From the IMG/VR virus record IMGVR_UViG_3300028591_000099, positions 64,001-128,000 of that record: a DNA stretch of 64,000 nt; one strand, 5' to 3'. Shown here piece after piece: positions 27,232-37,636 of this stretch; the first letter of the stretch is position 1, and each line of letters opens with the position of its first letter. Below the pieces are notes generated by a model. That model made no database searches. It saw nothing but the letters and a program-made list of their open reading frames with translations, and was not told the DNA's origin. The translations under genes and the position numbers were made by a program. This DNA is from a virus (lineage: Duplodnaviria > Caudoviricetes).

Positions 27232-28344
27232 ATGGCAGCACAAGATAGAGATGTCCTAATTAATGAGTTGAAACTTGAAGCGATTGCAAATGCTTTAAGA
27301 GAAAAAACTGGTGTTAGTACTAATACATATACAATGAGTCAAGTTCCAGGAGCAATCGACGCACTTTCTTTAACATCTAGTGGAGGAAGTGCGACGACCG
27401 CTGCTGTTGCGGCAAATGTTCTGGCTGGCAAAAGTTATATAAACGCATCTACAGGTGCGTCAGAAACTGGAACAATGACAGATAAAAGCGGGACCTCGCA
27501 ATCCGCAGGAAGCACTGCCGCAGACGGAAATCTAATAAAAATGCAGATACCATCAGGTGGATACTATAGTTCAACATCATATCTTACTACTGGTAAATCT
27601 ACTTTTGGAAATGCCGCTACGACAGAAGTTCTTGATGGAAAAACATTCACAAGTACAGCTGGATTAAATACACTTGGTTCAATGTCTAACTTAGGTGGAA
27701 CTACAAGAATAGTGACTCCAACTTTTGGGGATGGGTCTGTATTATTAGGAATCCCAGTAGATGGCTATTATAATACAAGTAGCATTTTGGCAGCAGAAGG
27801 GTCTGAATTTGGCGATGCTTCTGCTAGTGATGTATTGTCTGGAAAAACATTTACTAGTGCAGCTGGTATTCAAGTTACGGGTACTTTTACGGCCCAAACT
27901 AAAACACAAGCTGCTGGTACTTCCAATATAATAGTAACACCAGATTCTGGAAAATATTTAACAAGTGTTACTGTCACACCTACTCCAACAGAAGAGAAAA
28001 CTGTGTCTTCTAGTGCATCCGATCAAGTTGTAACACCATCTTCTGGCAAATACTTATCTAAAGTTACAATTAATGCAATGTCGACACCATCAATTACAAC
28101 ACTTGCATATTATCCAAATGAAAACAAAGGAACGACACGCACTTTAACAACAGATAGAAAATATAGGATTATTGTTGCTGCAAATTATGGCTCAGTCAAA
28201 ACTTGGCCTACGGGAACTTATACAGAAATTTCTGATAGTAGTATTCGAATTTATAGAGATTTAGCGGCTGGTTCAAAATTTGAAGCTAAACCAAATCCTG
28301 GCTATAGTAATTGAACGGGTTTAATCGTTTATGGTCTTGATTAA
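27232..28344 (+). CDS. Tail fibre protein, ~370 aa; 1 TGA-Trp
   Basis: RBS GGAGG; IANALREKTG N-terminal motif; VLxGKTFTS and VTPDSGKYL repeats; extends past TGA 28312 to TAA. Confidence 0.7.
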
Positions 28345-28383
28345 CATTACTGAATAGTATTATAAGTTTATTTTATTAAAAAT

Positions 28384-28412
28384 TTGACAAGATTGAAAAA
28401 ATTTTGTATACT
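28384..28412 (+). promoter_or_regulatory. Sigma70/SigA-type promoter
   Basis: TTGACA-17 nt-TATACT. Confidence 0.7.
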
Positions 28413-28417
28413 ATAAC

Positions 28418-28506
28418 TAGATTTAGAGATGAGTTGATACTGAATAAAAAGTTTAAAAATGGAAATGGAATTATATAGAGCAGTTTAATCCTCATCTCTA
28501 AATCTA
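28418..28506 (+). ncRNA. Candidate structured RNA / 5' leader (16-bp perfect inverted repeat)
   Basis: TAGATTTAGAGATGAG (28418-28433) is the reverse complement of CTCATCTCTAAATCTA (28491-28506); starts near the predicted +1. Confidence 0.4.
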
Positions 28507-28579
28507 TTGAAAAAAGATAAAAATATGGAGATAGGGGGACTTATCTCTATTTAATTATATATAGAAAGGTAGGAGTTAT

Positions 28580-30088
28580 ATGGCCGATATAAGTCAAGTA
28601 CAATTAGGTGAAAATACTTATGCTATAAAAGACCCCTTGGCTAGAGAAAGAGGTATCGAATATATAAGAGGTACCTGGGCTGCGGCCTCCGGAGTTTGAA
28701 CCGGTACCTCGGCAGATAGCCAGCTTTATGATGGTAAACAAATAATATTATATATGCCCTATAATGGAAATGGAGCAGAAGTTACCTTAAATCTAACCCT
28801 AGCAGATGGAACTTCAGTTACTGGGCCTAAGAAAGTATATTTTGAAGGCACAACTAGATTCACCTCTCAAAAAGAGGCATATTCACAACTACATTTAATT
28901 TATCACCAAACTCATAATATCAACGGGGTTAATTATGAAGGTTGATGGTATATAGCGAATGCAGATAAAAATGATAACTATTTATCAACACCATATTATT
29001 ATTATGCAAAACCATTCACTGCTTTATACAGATATCAAATATGCTTAACAAAAAATGCTGACTATATTTTACCAATAAATGCAGTAAATAATAGCTACAG
29101 TACAGATAAAATTTTAACAACAGAATCATTTGATCCATTTGGACCTATATTTTATTATAATAGCACAACTAATAAAACTGCTGGTTCAGCGGTTGCTGCG
29201 AATACATTAAGACAAAATGACCTAGCAGATTTAAGATTTTCTTTTAATGTTACAACAGGTGGTTTTACTTCCAATAAAGCAATATATCTAGTAGCAACGC
29301 CTCAGGATGATGGCTCGGCAAAATTATATGAAGTTCCATTGACTCAGACTTTACCAATAATAGATGATGGTTTAATTTATATTCATTTAGGTGTCGTTTA
29401 TGCTAGTTATTATCTTCAAATGGTACCATCTCATGCAATATATTGCTATAAATATGGTGCATTAAGGCCTTATGGTGGCACACCCGTCCAAGCCGCGCCG
29501 GTAGAAAAAGTGATTACTTTATTAGCAAGTGGCTGAGATGGCAATAATGAATATACTGTATTAGATGAAAACGTAACAGCGACTTCAATTCAAGAAGTTT
29601 CTGCGCCTGATGCTAATTACACTTCTATATCTGAATTAAAAGCCTTAGGTTCGGCAATGTTAATTGATGCAGGCCAAGGAACTGGATATTTTAAGTTAAA
29701 AGCCTTGGGAACTGTACCTACAATTGATTGTGATATTAGAGTTATATTTAATTATTCAACTGATGCTAATATAGTAGCAGTAAATAGTGCGGCGGCTTAT
29801 GCTGCGACAGCAGAGGGATATAAAAATCAAATTGCTAGTTATGCTAAAATACAAAGAAAAACAGTTACTATTTCAAGTTTAAGCATAGATAGTTCTAATA
29901 CAACATATCCTTATAAATATGAAGTTGCTTGAAATGGTATAACGGCCGATGACTGAATTGATGGTGCGGGAATAGAAGACCAAAATTGAGCAATTGAAAG
30001 TGCTGCTAATAAAGTTATATTACATTTTAGTAAAAACATATCTGACAGTATAACCATTACTATTTATTGGGCTTCTACAACAGCATAA
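28580..30088 (+). CDS. Tail-associated protein, ~502 aa; 6 TGA-Trp
   Basis: RBS AGGAG, ATG 28580; ORFs 28754, 29339 and 29657 in the same frame; ITLLASG-W motif; ends TAA. Confidence 0.7.
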
Positions 30089-30102
30089 GGAGAGTGCATA
30101 GT

Positions 30103-30606
30103 ATGTTAAATAAAAAAGAAATTACTAAAACTGCAAGTAATACAGATTATGATAATAGTACGAGTGGATTAAATGCAGATTCAGTCCAAGGAGCAATTGA
30201 TGAAATTCAAGAGTCAATTGATGAAATTACAGACACCATGAATGTAGCACATTATTATAATCATGAATCTGATATAGCATGAACGTCAAATACATCTGTT
30301 GTTAAAAATGGTGCAGATTACTCAGGAATAAATATTAAAAATGGTTTTGTTAGTGTGCAAGTTAATTTCTTTACAGCAGCAACGTTAAACAGTGGAACAG
30401 AATATACTGCATATACTCTTCCAGATGAACTAAAAGCATTAACAGGAACTACACAAGTTACTGGTTTTGGTGGAGCTGGTAATACATTAATAAAAATAGT
30501 GTTTGATACATGAGAAACTGCACATACTTTAAAAGTTACTCCAAGAGGCAGCAACGTAGCAGCAAATACTCAGCTTCAAGGAAATTTAATGTTTCCAATT
30601 ACTTAA
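30103..30606 (+). CDS. Tail-associated protein, 167 aa; 2 TGA-Trp
   Basis: YDNSTSGLNADSVQGAIDE fibre motif; read-through to TAA 30606. Confidence 0.65.
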
Positions 30607-30669
30607 TTTAACTGTTAATATTTGAAAATGAACAGTTTAGCTAATAACAGATAGTCAAAGGAGAGAAAA

Positions 30670-31494
30670 ATGGCAACAGAAATAAAACTTAGAGCGGGGG
30701 CCACGACCTCCTGACAAAATAAAACAGTAACACCTGGGGCAGCAACGCAAGTAGTATCTGCTGACCCAGGATACTATTTAGGGCAAGTAACAGTATTGCC
30801 TATCCCAGCTTTAGAGACACAAACAAAAACAGTAACCCCATCTTCAGTAGAACAAACAGTCACTGCAGATGACGGGTATATCCTATCAAGCGTTACAGTT
30901 AATCCTGTTACTACTCAGACTAAGAGTGCGATACCAACAACGTCCGCACAAACAATTACTCCAGATAGCGGAAAATATTTAAGTAGTGTATCAATTGATG
31001 CGATTAGTACTCAAACAAAAACGCAGGCTGCTGGAACAAGTAATATAACTGTAACCCCGGATAGCGGAAAATATTTAACGAGTGTTACAATAACGCCAAC
31101 ACCAACAGAAACAAAAACCGTATCGCCTAGCTCATCAGCTCAAACAGTTACGCCATCTTCTGGAAAATATTTATCTCAAGTTACAGTTAATGCAATATCT
31201 TTAAAAACACAAACTGTATCTCAAACTATAACCCTTAATGCTGGAGCTAATACAACTAAAACATTTACTTTTTCTAATTTAACTACAGTTTATGGTATTA
31301 CAAAAATGCAAAAAACTAATGGTAGTGTATTAATTACTATATTTAACGGTTATCCAGATGCAGGAACTGGCACAAATGCTTTGAATATTCCGTCTGGAGG
31401 AATTAGTGGTAATACTATTACTCAAAGATTTATTAACAACAGTGATGCTAACAACCAGTCTGCGGTAATAGCCATTACCGCCATCGGCGTCTAA
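30670..31494 (+). CDS. Tail fibre repeat protein, 274 aa; 1 TGA-Trp
   Basis: RBS AAAGGAG; TGA at codon 15; tandem TQTKTVTPS...TPDSGKYLSSVTV repeats. Confidence 0.7.
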
Positions 31495-31507
31495 TGGAGG
31501 TGATAAA

Positions 31508-31981
31508 ATGCCTACAATATTAAACTTAGGAGGAGCCGGAGTTGCGGAACTCGCAGGAACGGCGACCGCAAGCGATGTTTTTGCTGGAAAAACTTTTTAT
31601 AGCACAGATGCGGAAACTATGGAAACTGGAACATATAGTCCGAGTATTACTCAATGAAAAAATGGAGATTATGCTGCTATTACAAATCAAGAAATAACTG
31701 CAACAAATTGTATTGGTTATGGTTTAAGTATTGTGAAAGCAGAGACTGGGTCTGCAAGTTATGCTCCGTCTGTAACGCTTCAAGGTTATACCGGTTCGGC
31801 TTGAGAGAACATTTCAGTTTCTTTAACTGGACCCACTTCTTGTGCTGGTGGTTCCGGTGGAGGCAATTTAAGAGCATGACACGCAATGGGCACTTTCAAT
31901 AAAAGATATACAAAAGTTCGTTTAAGTAGACCACAAAATTCTGTTTATGCTTGTTGTACTCAAATTTTTCTATTTACATAA
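31508..31981 (+). CDS. Tail-associated protein, 157 aa; 3 TGA-Trp (absent from ORF track)
   Basis: RBS GGAGGTG; GTATASDVFAGKTFYS motif shared with other fibres; open only if TGA is sense. Confidence 0.65.
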
Positions 31982-32000
31982 TTAAAAATTAACCCTAACC

Positions 32001-32031
32001 AAGAGCCTTTAATTATAAAGGCTCTTTTTTT
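32001..32031 (+). terminator. Intrinsic terminator
   Basis: AAGAGCCTTT-aattat-AAAGGCTCTT plus T-tract. Confidence 0.75.
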
Positions 32032-32065
32032 ATATATTTAGGAAAAAGAAAGAGAGGATAAAACT

Positions 32066-32515
32066 ATGATTTTAGAAAATTTAGATTTATCATTTTTCAA
32101 ACATATTGCTATTTTATTAGCAATAATGATAGCATTTACTGGTTTTAAAATTGCTAGTTGTTCACCCTTTAAAGAAGGTGGAGAACCATTTAGTTGAAAA
32201 AAATTAGGCTTAGGTCTTTCTAAGCATTTAATCGCATTAGCTGGTTTAGCAATCGTATATGCTGTTAGTTCACTATTAGGCCAAGACCTATTGCTAATTA
32301 AAATCAATAGTTCTGAAGTCACCTTACAAGCAGCTTTGGATATTGTTATGTTGGCTATTATCGGTCAATACGGCTTAAAATTAATTCAAGATGTAAGAGA
32401 ATATTTCAAATCTACTGATACTATGGAAATCGCACAAATCGTGAATGAAGGTGTAGTTGATCCAGAAGATACTCCAGTAGTGCCCGCTAATCTTGAAGAT
32501 ATAGCCCAAGGATAA
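32066..32515 (+). CDS. Holin, 149 aa; 1 TGA-Trp
   Basis: Three hydrophobic segments; FS-W-KKLGLGLSK motif; immediately upstream of the endolysin. Confidence 0.7.
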
Positions 32516-32527
32516 GGAGGTATAATT

Positions 32528-34435
32528 ATGGCACAATTCGCAAAATTATGTTTCCAAGATAGAAATGGAAACAACCTTATCTCTGGTGTTACTCAATTAC
32601 AAAAAGAAGGCACCCATATTTTATTAACTGGTGCGAATGACTGAAATGGGACAAGTGCGAGTGATAGAGTATATTTATTAGCACCATATGACTGTATAGT
32701 AAGAGCAATCGCACCTTATGATAATACGGTATTCTTCGAGTCCACAGAAGCAATTATTACTCCTTCTGGAACTTACGACCATTGCTGATTTATGTGCACT
32801 CATATGCTAGATGCAGATAAAAGTACATTAGGGCTTGCGGTTGGGCGTATTTATCGTCAAGGTCAGAGATGCTATGCCGAAGGAACTAAGGGCATTGGAG
32901 CTGGAAACCATATTCATATGGAACAAGGTTATGGCACTTTTGGCGGTGGCACAACTCCTTATAAAGCATCAAAAGATACTTTTAAGTATAATGGAACTAC
33001 TTATACTCAATATTATCCAGTACTTGCGGCCGGGGGTAAAGAATGCCCTGTTGCCGATATGATGTTCTTGGATAAAGTCCAAGTTACAGTTCGTCAAGTA
33101 GATGGAAAAACATTAGTGGACCACTATGGAATGCGACTAGTTCCAGACGCAAAATCTGCGGGGGACGACCAAGTATATATCGGCGTAAGTGCTTTAAGAG
33201 TGCGTGCGAACGCAACTACTTCAGGTAGATTACATGGATATTGCCTTATGGGTGGTTATTACAACGTTCTTAAACGAATTGAAAAAGCAGCGGCCGCAAA
33301 TAAAGACTATGATTGATACCAAGTTGGCCCGTATCAATGGATTGCTGGAGTCGATGGTGTAGAATATAAAAAGGCCAGTGTTGATAAACGCATTTTCAAA
33401 ATTGAGAAAGATCCAGAATATGATTATCAATGGTCCTTAGATGGAAATCGCTACGGAGATAAATATGATGTTACCGTAATGAGTGGTTTTGGAGATACTA
33501 AATTAATTGCTGATGGCTGAGAAGAGGTGTTAGCTGTTAATGGTTCATTATTCTACACCTATGACAATCAGCACTTTGCTCTTGGGGTTGAAAAGAGTAG
33601 AGGTGTTGTTAACCAAGAGTTAGAAATGTCTTGTGTTACTGATAATAATGAAGTTATGGCTATTGGTATGACCTATGATGGAAGATTAGAGTTCGCAAAA
33701 ACTAAAGATATAGTTGCTAATATCAACAACTATTATGGTGCTGTTACTGGTGAATTTGGTATTATGAAAAATGGCGAAAAAGCTGAATGAGGTAAAGAAG
33801 TATTTACAACTCAATATAATGATATTTCAGGAAGAACTATTATCGGTGAAGATAAAGAAGGAAATCCAATATCATTTAGTTTAGCCGGAGTAACTGGTAG
33901 TACTGGATTAAGAGGTAAAGAATTATATGATTTATGTAAATCATTAGGTTTCTGGAATGCTATCTGCTTTGACGGTGGTGGTTCGGTATTCAGAAGAATA
34001 AATGGTGAAGTCGATATTTCAACTACTAGAAAAGTTAAAAATGCGGTTTTACTTTATAGAAGAAAGAAACAAGAAAAACCAGTTGAACCAGAGCCTGAAC
34101 CAGAACCGGTTAATCCAACTCCAACAGAAGACTTAGAAAAATTAAAGGCTCAGATTGCAGAATTAGAAAGTAAAGTTAGCAATTTAACAAGAAGTTTAAA
34201 TGATGCTAACACTTTGCTAGAACAACGTAATAGTGAAATTGCGGTTAAAGAACAAGAACTTTCTAAAAAAGCAAAAGAAGCTGTAGAACTTGCTGAGGAA
34301 TTAAGCAAGAGTGAAACAGAGTGCGGACAAGTAAAATCACAACTTAATCAAATGGAAGAACAATTATCCGTTGTAAAAAATGATTTAACTACAGCCCAAA
34401 CAAAAATCGCAAATGCTAAAGAAGCATTAAATTAA
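32528..34435 (+). CDS. Multidomain endolysin (M23-like peptidase, SH3b, phosphodiester-glycosidase/NAGPA-like, coiled coil), ~635 aa; 5 TGA-Trp
   Basis: One frame through TGA 32642, 32786, 33314, 33518, 33788; GAGNHIHMEQG; ALRVRANATTSG...YD-W-YQVG; GRTIIG...NAICFDGGGS; heptad-rich tail. Confidence 0.7.
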
Positions 34436-34437
34436 TA

Positions 34438-34466
34438 TAAGGGAGACTTCGGTCTCCCTATTTTTT
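34438..34466 (+). terminator. Intrinsic terminator
   Basis: GGGAGAC-TTCG-GTCTCCC plus T-tract. Confidence 0.85.
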
Positions 34467-34479
34467 ATTATAAATAAAC

Positions 34480-34509
34480 TTGACACTAACAGAAATTTTG
34501 TGGTATAAT
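34480..34509 (+). promoter_or_regulatory. SigA-type promoter with extended -10
   Basis: TTGACA-18 nt-TATAAT with TG upstream of -10. Confidence 0.7.
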
Positions 34510-34629
34510 AATTATGTAAGTTAGGCCAAAATAAGATAATTTTGCCATAAGAAATTTTAAGAATATATGAGCGGGAATGGAACCGCTTAGTAGGAAAAAG
34601 TTTACTTAAATGGAAGGAGAAAAAAGGAA

Positions 34630-34995
34630 ATGTATAACAGTTATGGAGCGTACCCAGCAAGTACGCCTTTTTACAATCCGCAATCATTTTTACAAAAACA
34701 AGAAGTTGTAAGAGTTAGCGGTCGAAATGGAGCAGAAGCATATCAAATGGCGCCAAATAGTAGTATACTACTTTTAGATGAAACTGCTCCAATAGTTTGG
34801 CTAAAAACAACGGACGGAGCGTCATATCCAACTATTACGGGATATGCTATCACCCCGGTCAAAACGCAAACCGCAATGGTGGAAGAGGACCACTATAAGG
34901 CATTAGAAGAAAGAATCGTAAAATTAGAGGAGGCTCTACATGACAAATCCAATGTTACAGATGCTAAGCCAACAATCAAGACCATCAAACAATAA
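34630..34995 (+). CDS. Hypothetical protein, cassette gene 1
   Basis: RBS GAAGGAG; VSGRNGAEAYQMAPNSSILLLDETAPIVWLKTTD. Confidence 0.75.
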   Translation: MYNSYGAYPASTPFYNPQSFLQKQEVVRVSGRNGAEAYQMAPNSSILLLDETAPIVWLKTTDGASYPTITGYAITPVKTQTAMVEEDHYKALEERIVKLEEALHDKSNVTDAKPTIKTIKQ

Positions 34996-35188
34996 TATGA
35001 TTGCGATGTTACAAAATTCAAAAAATCCTCAAGAACTTGTTCAAAATATGTTAGCAAATAATCCTCAAATAACTAACATTATTAATCAATATGGTGGAGG
35101 AGACCCAAAGGCTGCGTTCTATGAATATGCTCGCCGCACAGGTCAAGACCCAGAGCAAGTTTTAACTATGTTAAAGAAAATAATGTAG
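34940..35188 (+). CDS. Small Met/Gln/Asn-rich helical protein, cassette gene 2
   Basis: RBS GAGGAGG; overlaps gene 1; NPMLQML...NPQELVQNMLANNPQ. Confidence 0.7.
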   Translation: MTNPMLQMLSQQSRPSNNNMIAMLQNSKNPQELVQNMLANNPQITNIINQYGGGDPKAAFYEYARRTGQDPEQVLTMLKKIM

Positions 35189-35239
35189 TCAATATTTAAG
35201 TAAACTTGACTACTGGATAATATAGGGAGGAAAAAATAA

Positions 35240-35902
35240 ATGGAAAATGGAAGTTTAAGTGCTAGTGATGTTGCTTTATTAAGTGATCGTGGCTATGGTT
35301 ATGGTGATGGTATGTGAGGCGGCAATTCAATGATGTGGATTTTTGCTTTATTAATCTTAGCTGGCGGCGGTTTTGGTGGCTTTGGCGGAGGTTATGGTTA
35401 CCATCCTCAGTATGCTACTCAAGATTTCGTACAGAATGGATTTAATTTCAATGATTTACAAGATCAGAACCGTGATATCTTAGGTGCTATCACTTCTGGA
35501 ACAGCCCAGTCTGTAGCGGCTACTAATCAGTCATTCCACGATATTACAGCAACTTTATCTGATAAATATACTGAATTACAGAGAGATATTGCTGGTTTAG
35601 CAGTTGGTCAGGCTGGATTATTAGCTAAAGAAAATGAATGTTGCTGCTCTACTTTAAGAGCTATTGATGGCGTAAACTATAATGCTGCTATGAATACAGC
35701 TGCTATCAATGCTAATACAACAGCACAAACTCAGAAAATTTTAGATGCTATTACTGGCAACAGAATGGCTGATATGCAGAACCAAATTAACCAGTTGCAA
35801 TTACAGCAAGCAGTTGCTGGTGTAGTTCGCTATCCAAGTGCAACTACATACACTTCTGGTTCTAATCCATTCTGCGGTTGCGGCTGCGGCGGTTCATTTT
35901 AA
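35240..35902 (+). CDS. Gly-rich, hydrophobic-segment, coiled-coil, Cys-cluster protein, cassette gene 3 (220 aa; 1 TGA-Trp)
   Basis: RBS GGGAGG, ATG 35240 in frame with 35330 through TGA; WIFALLILAGGGFGGFGGG; ECCC; C-terminal CGCGCG. Confidence 0.75.
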
Positions 35903-35968
35903 TAGATAATATCAAGGGGGGCATATTGCCCCCTTATTTTTGAAGAAAAAAGTTTAGGAGGAAAGGTA

Positions 35969-36376
35969 ATGTTAGAAGTATATTCTAAAAATATCACAGT
36001 TGCGGAAGATGCCCCAATTGCATTAAATAATGTGGCTTTAGAAAAAGGATGCAGCACCTGTTTAAGAGGTGTCTCAACAATCCAGTTAAATAAATGCGGC
36101 GTATATGAGGTTACAGTATCAGCATCTGCGGTTGCCGATGTTGCAGGTGTCATTTCAATCCAGTTAGAAAAGGATGGCGTGCTCCAGCCTCAAGCGATCT
36201 CATCAGCGACCGCCGCAGACACTACATCAATTAATCCATTAGGCTTCACAACTTTAGTTCAATCTCCAAGAGATAATAGTGCATGCCCATGTGCAGCGCC
36301 AACTACATTTGATATAGTTAATACAGGTGTTGCTGCTACTTATGATAGTATAGATGTTACAGTGGTAAGAATCTAA
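35969..36376 (+). CDS. Beta-sandwich protein resembling the BclA C-terminal/C1q-like domain, cassette gene 4
   Basis: RBS AGGAGG; IQLNKCGVYEVTVSAS...ISIQLEKDGVLQPQA pattern; fold is inferred. Confidence 0.55.
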   Translation: MLEVYSKNITVAEDAPIALNNVALEKGCSTCLRGVSTIQLNKCGVYEVTVSASAVADVAGVISIQLEKDGVLQPQAISSATAADTTSINPLGFTTLVQSPRDNSACPCAAPTTFDIVNTGVAATYDSIDVTVVRI

Positions 36377-36377
36377 T

Positions 36378-36950
36378 ATGACAGTTGAAGAGATTTATTC
36401 AAACCTAGCCGCACATATGATAAAAGGTCTTATGATACACGATCAAATGGTTGATTACTATTGCTTTTTGAACTTAAAAGGTTATGCGATGTGTCATAAG
36501 TATCACTATATTAGTGAAAATTGAGACTATATGAAATTAAAAAAGTATTATATTAAACATCATGGGAAATTAATTCCAGAAAAATCAATAGAAAATCCAA
36601 AAGTAATACCAAGTAATTGATATAGTCATATTAAGGCTGATGTAGATGTGTCTACTGTGCGGAATGGGGTAAAAACTGGTTTAGAAAAATGGGTAGCTTG
36701 AGAGACAGAAACTAAAGAGTTATATCAAAAAGCCTATAAAGATTTAATTGCTCTTGGCGCAGTCGCAGATGCTAATTTTATATGTTGCTTTATTGAAGGC
36801 GTTGACTGAGAATTAGTGCAAGCAGAGTCATTCCACTTAAAAAAGAAAATAGATGACTTTAGTATTAGTTCTATAACTGGCGACCAAGAATGAAAATATA
36901 AAAAATATTCTGAAAAAATAAGATCACTATTGGAATGTAGTGATGAGTAA
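36378..36950 (+). CDS. Ferritin-like four-helix protein, cassette gene 5 (190 aa; 5 TGA-Trp; absent from ORF track)
   Basis: Open only with TGA=Trp; FLNLKGYAMCHKYHYISE...WVA-W-ETETKELYQKAYKDL...ADANFI resembles ferritin helices. Confidence 0.6.
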
Positions 36951-36993
36951 AAATAAGGGGGTTAGTTATAAAAATTAACCCCAATTTTTTTAT

Positions 36994-37023
36994 TTGACAT
37001 TTCTAGAAAAAATATTGTATAAT
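36994..37023 (+). promoter_or_regulatory. SigA-type promoter for the ORF-hsp20-tRNA unit
   Basis: TTGACA-18 nt-TATAAT right after a terminator-like hairpin. Confidence 0.7.
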
Positions 37024-37047
37024 AAATATAGTAAAGGAGAAGGCAAT

Positions 37048-37224
37048 ATGGAGTTATATTTAGATGATTATGAACAGCTTAAAAAGGTAGAGAACTTCTT
37101 ATTCAGATTAATCTATCCAGAGCCTTTTACTTTACACATTTTAATAGACGAGACCAAGGAGCATTTTAATTATACTACAGAGTATAATGATTTAGCGGGC
37201 GGCCTTGTGTTAGTCACTTTTTAG
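37048..37224 (+). CDS. Hypothetical protein (58 aa)
   Basis: RBS AAAGGAG before ATG 37048. Confidence 0.6.
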   Translation: MELYLDDYEQLKKVENFLFRLIYPEPFTLHILIDETKEHFNYTTEYNDLAGGLVLVTF

Positions 37225-37236
37225 GAGGTATTTAAT

Positions 37237-37611
37237 ATGTTATTTGATTATGATTCATTTTTTGATTGGGATAGACCAGCTTATAGTTTTAGTCGTTCAG
37301 TACACGACATGCATCCATATTCTATTAAAACTTTAGAAGATAGAGTTGTATTGGTTCATAACATTGTTGGTGTTAAAGAAGAAGATATCAAGGTTGATAT
37401 TGAAAGAACAGAGGATGGAAGAGACCGACTTGTTATTGAGGGTGTAACTCATAATGATGTATTGAATTATGATTATAAAATTAATTCAAAATTTTATATT
37501 AAAGCTGATATGTTTAAAGATGTAACCTATTATGTTAAGGATGGCTTACTTTATATTGAATTATTCAAAAAAGAACCAGAAGTTACCAAATTAACTGTCA
37601 GAAAAGCATAG
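37237..37611 (+). CDS. Small heat-shock protein (Hsp20/alpha-crystallin-like)
   Basis: RBS AGGAGG; VGVKEEDIKVDIE...LVIEG...VKDGLLYIEL pattern. Confidence 0.65.
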   Translation: MLFDYDSFFDWDRPAYSFSRSVHDMHPYSIKTLEDRVVLVHNIVGVKEEDIKVDIERTEDGRDRLVIEGVTHNDVLNYDYKINSKFYIKADMFKDVTYYVKDGLLYIELFKKEPEVTKLTVRKA

Positions 37612-37636
37612 AGAACACAGAAGTTCTCTACTACAT

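Noticed and set aside
13676-31494. CRISPR array or DGR template/variable repeats among the repeats
   Set aside because: Repeats are degenerate protein-coding modules; no constant repeat-spacer pattern, no adenine-only mismatched pair noticed and no reverse transcriptase in the window
3-36950. Fragmented ORFs interpreted as pseudogenes or sequencing errors
   Set aside because: All breaks are in-frame TGA with no frameshifts and no internal TAA/TAG, and they fall at Trp-like positions
36994-37047. TTG start of ORF 36994-37224
   Set aside because: The TTG is the -35 box of a promoter; the RBS supports ATG 37048
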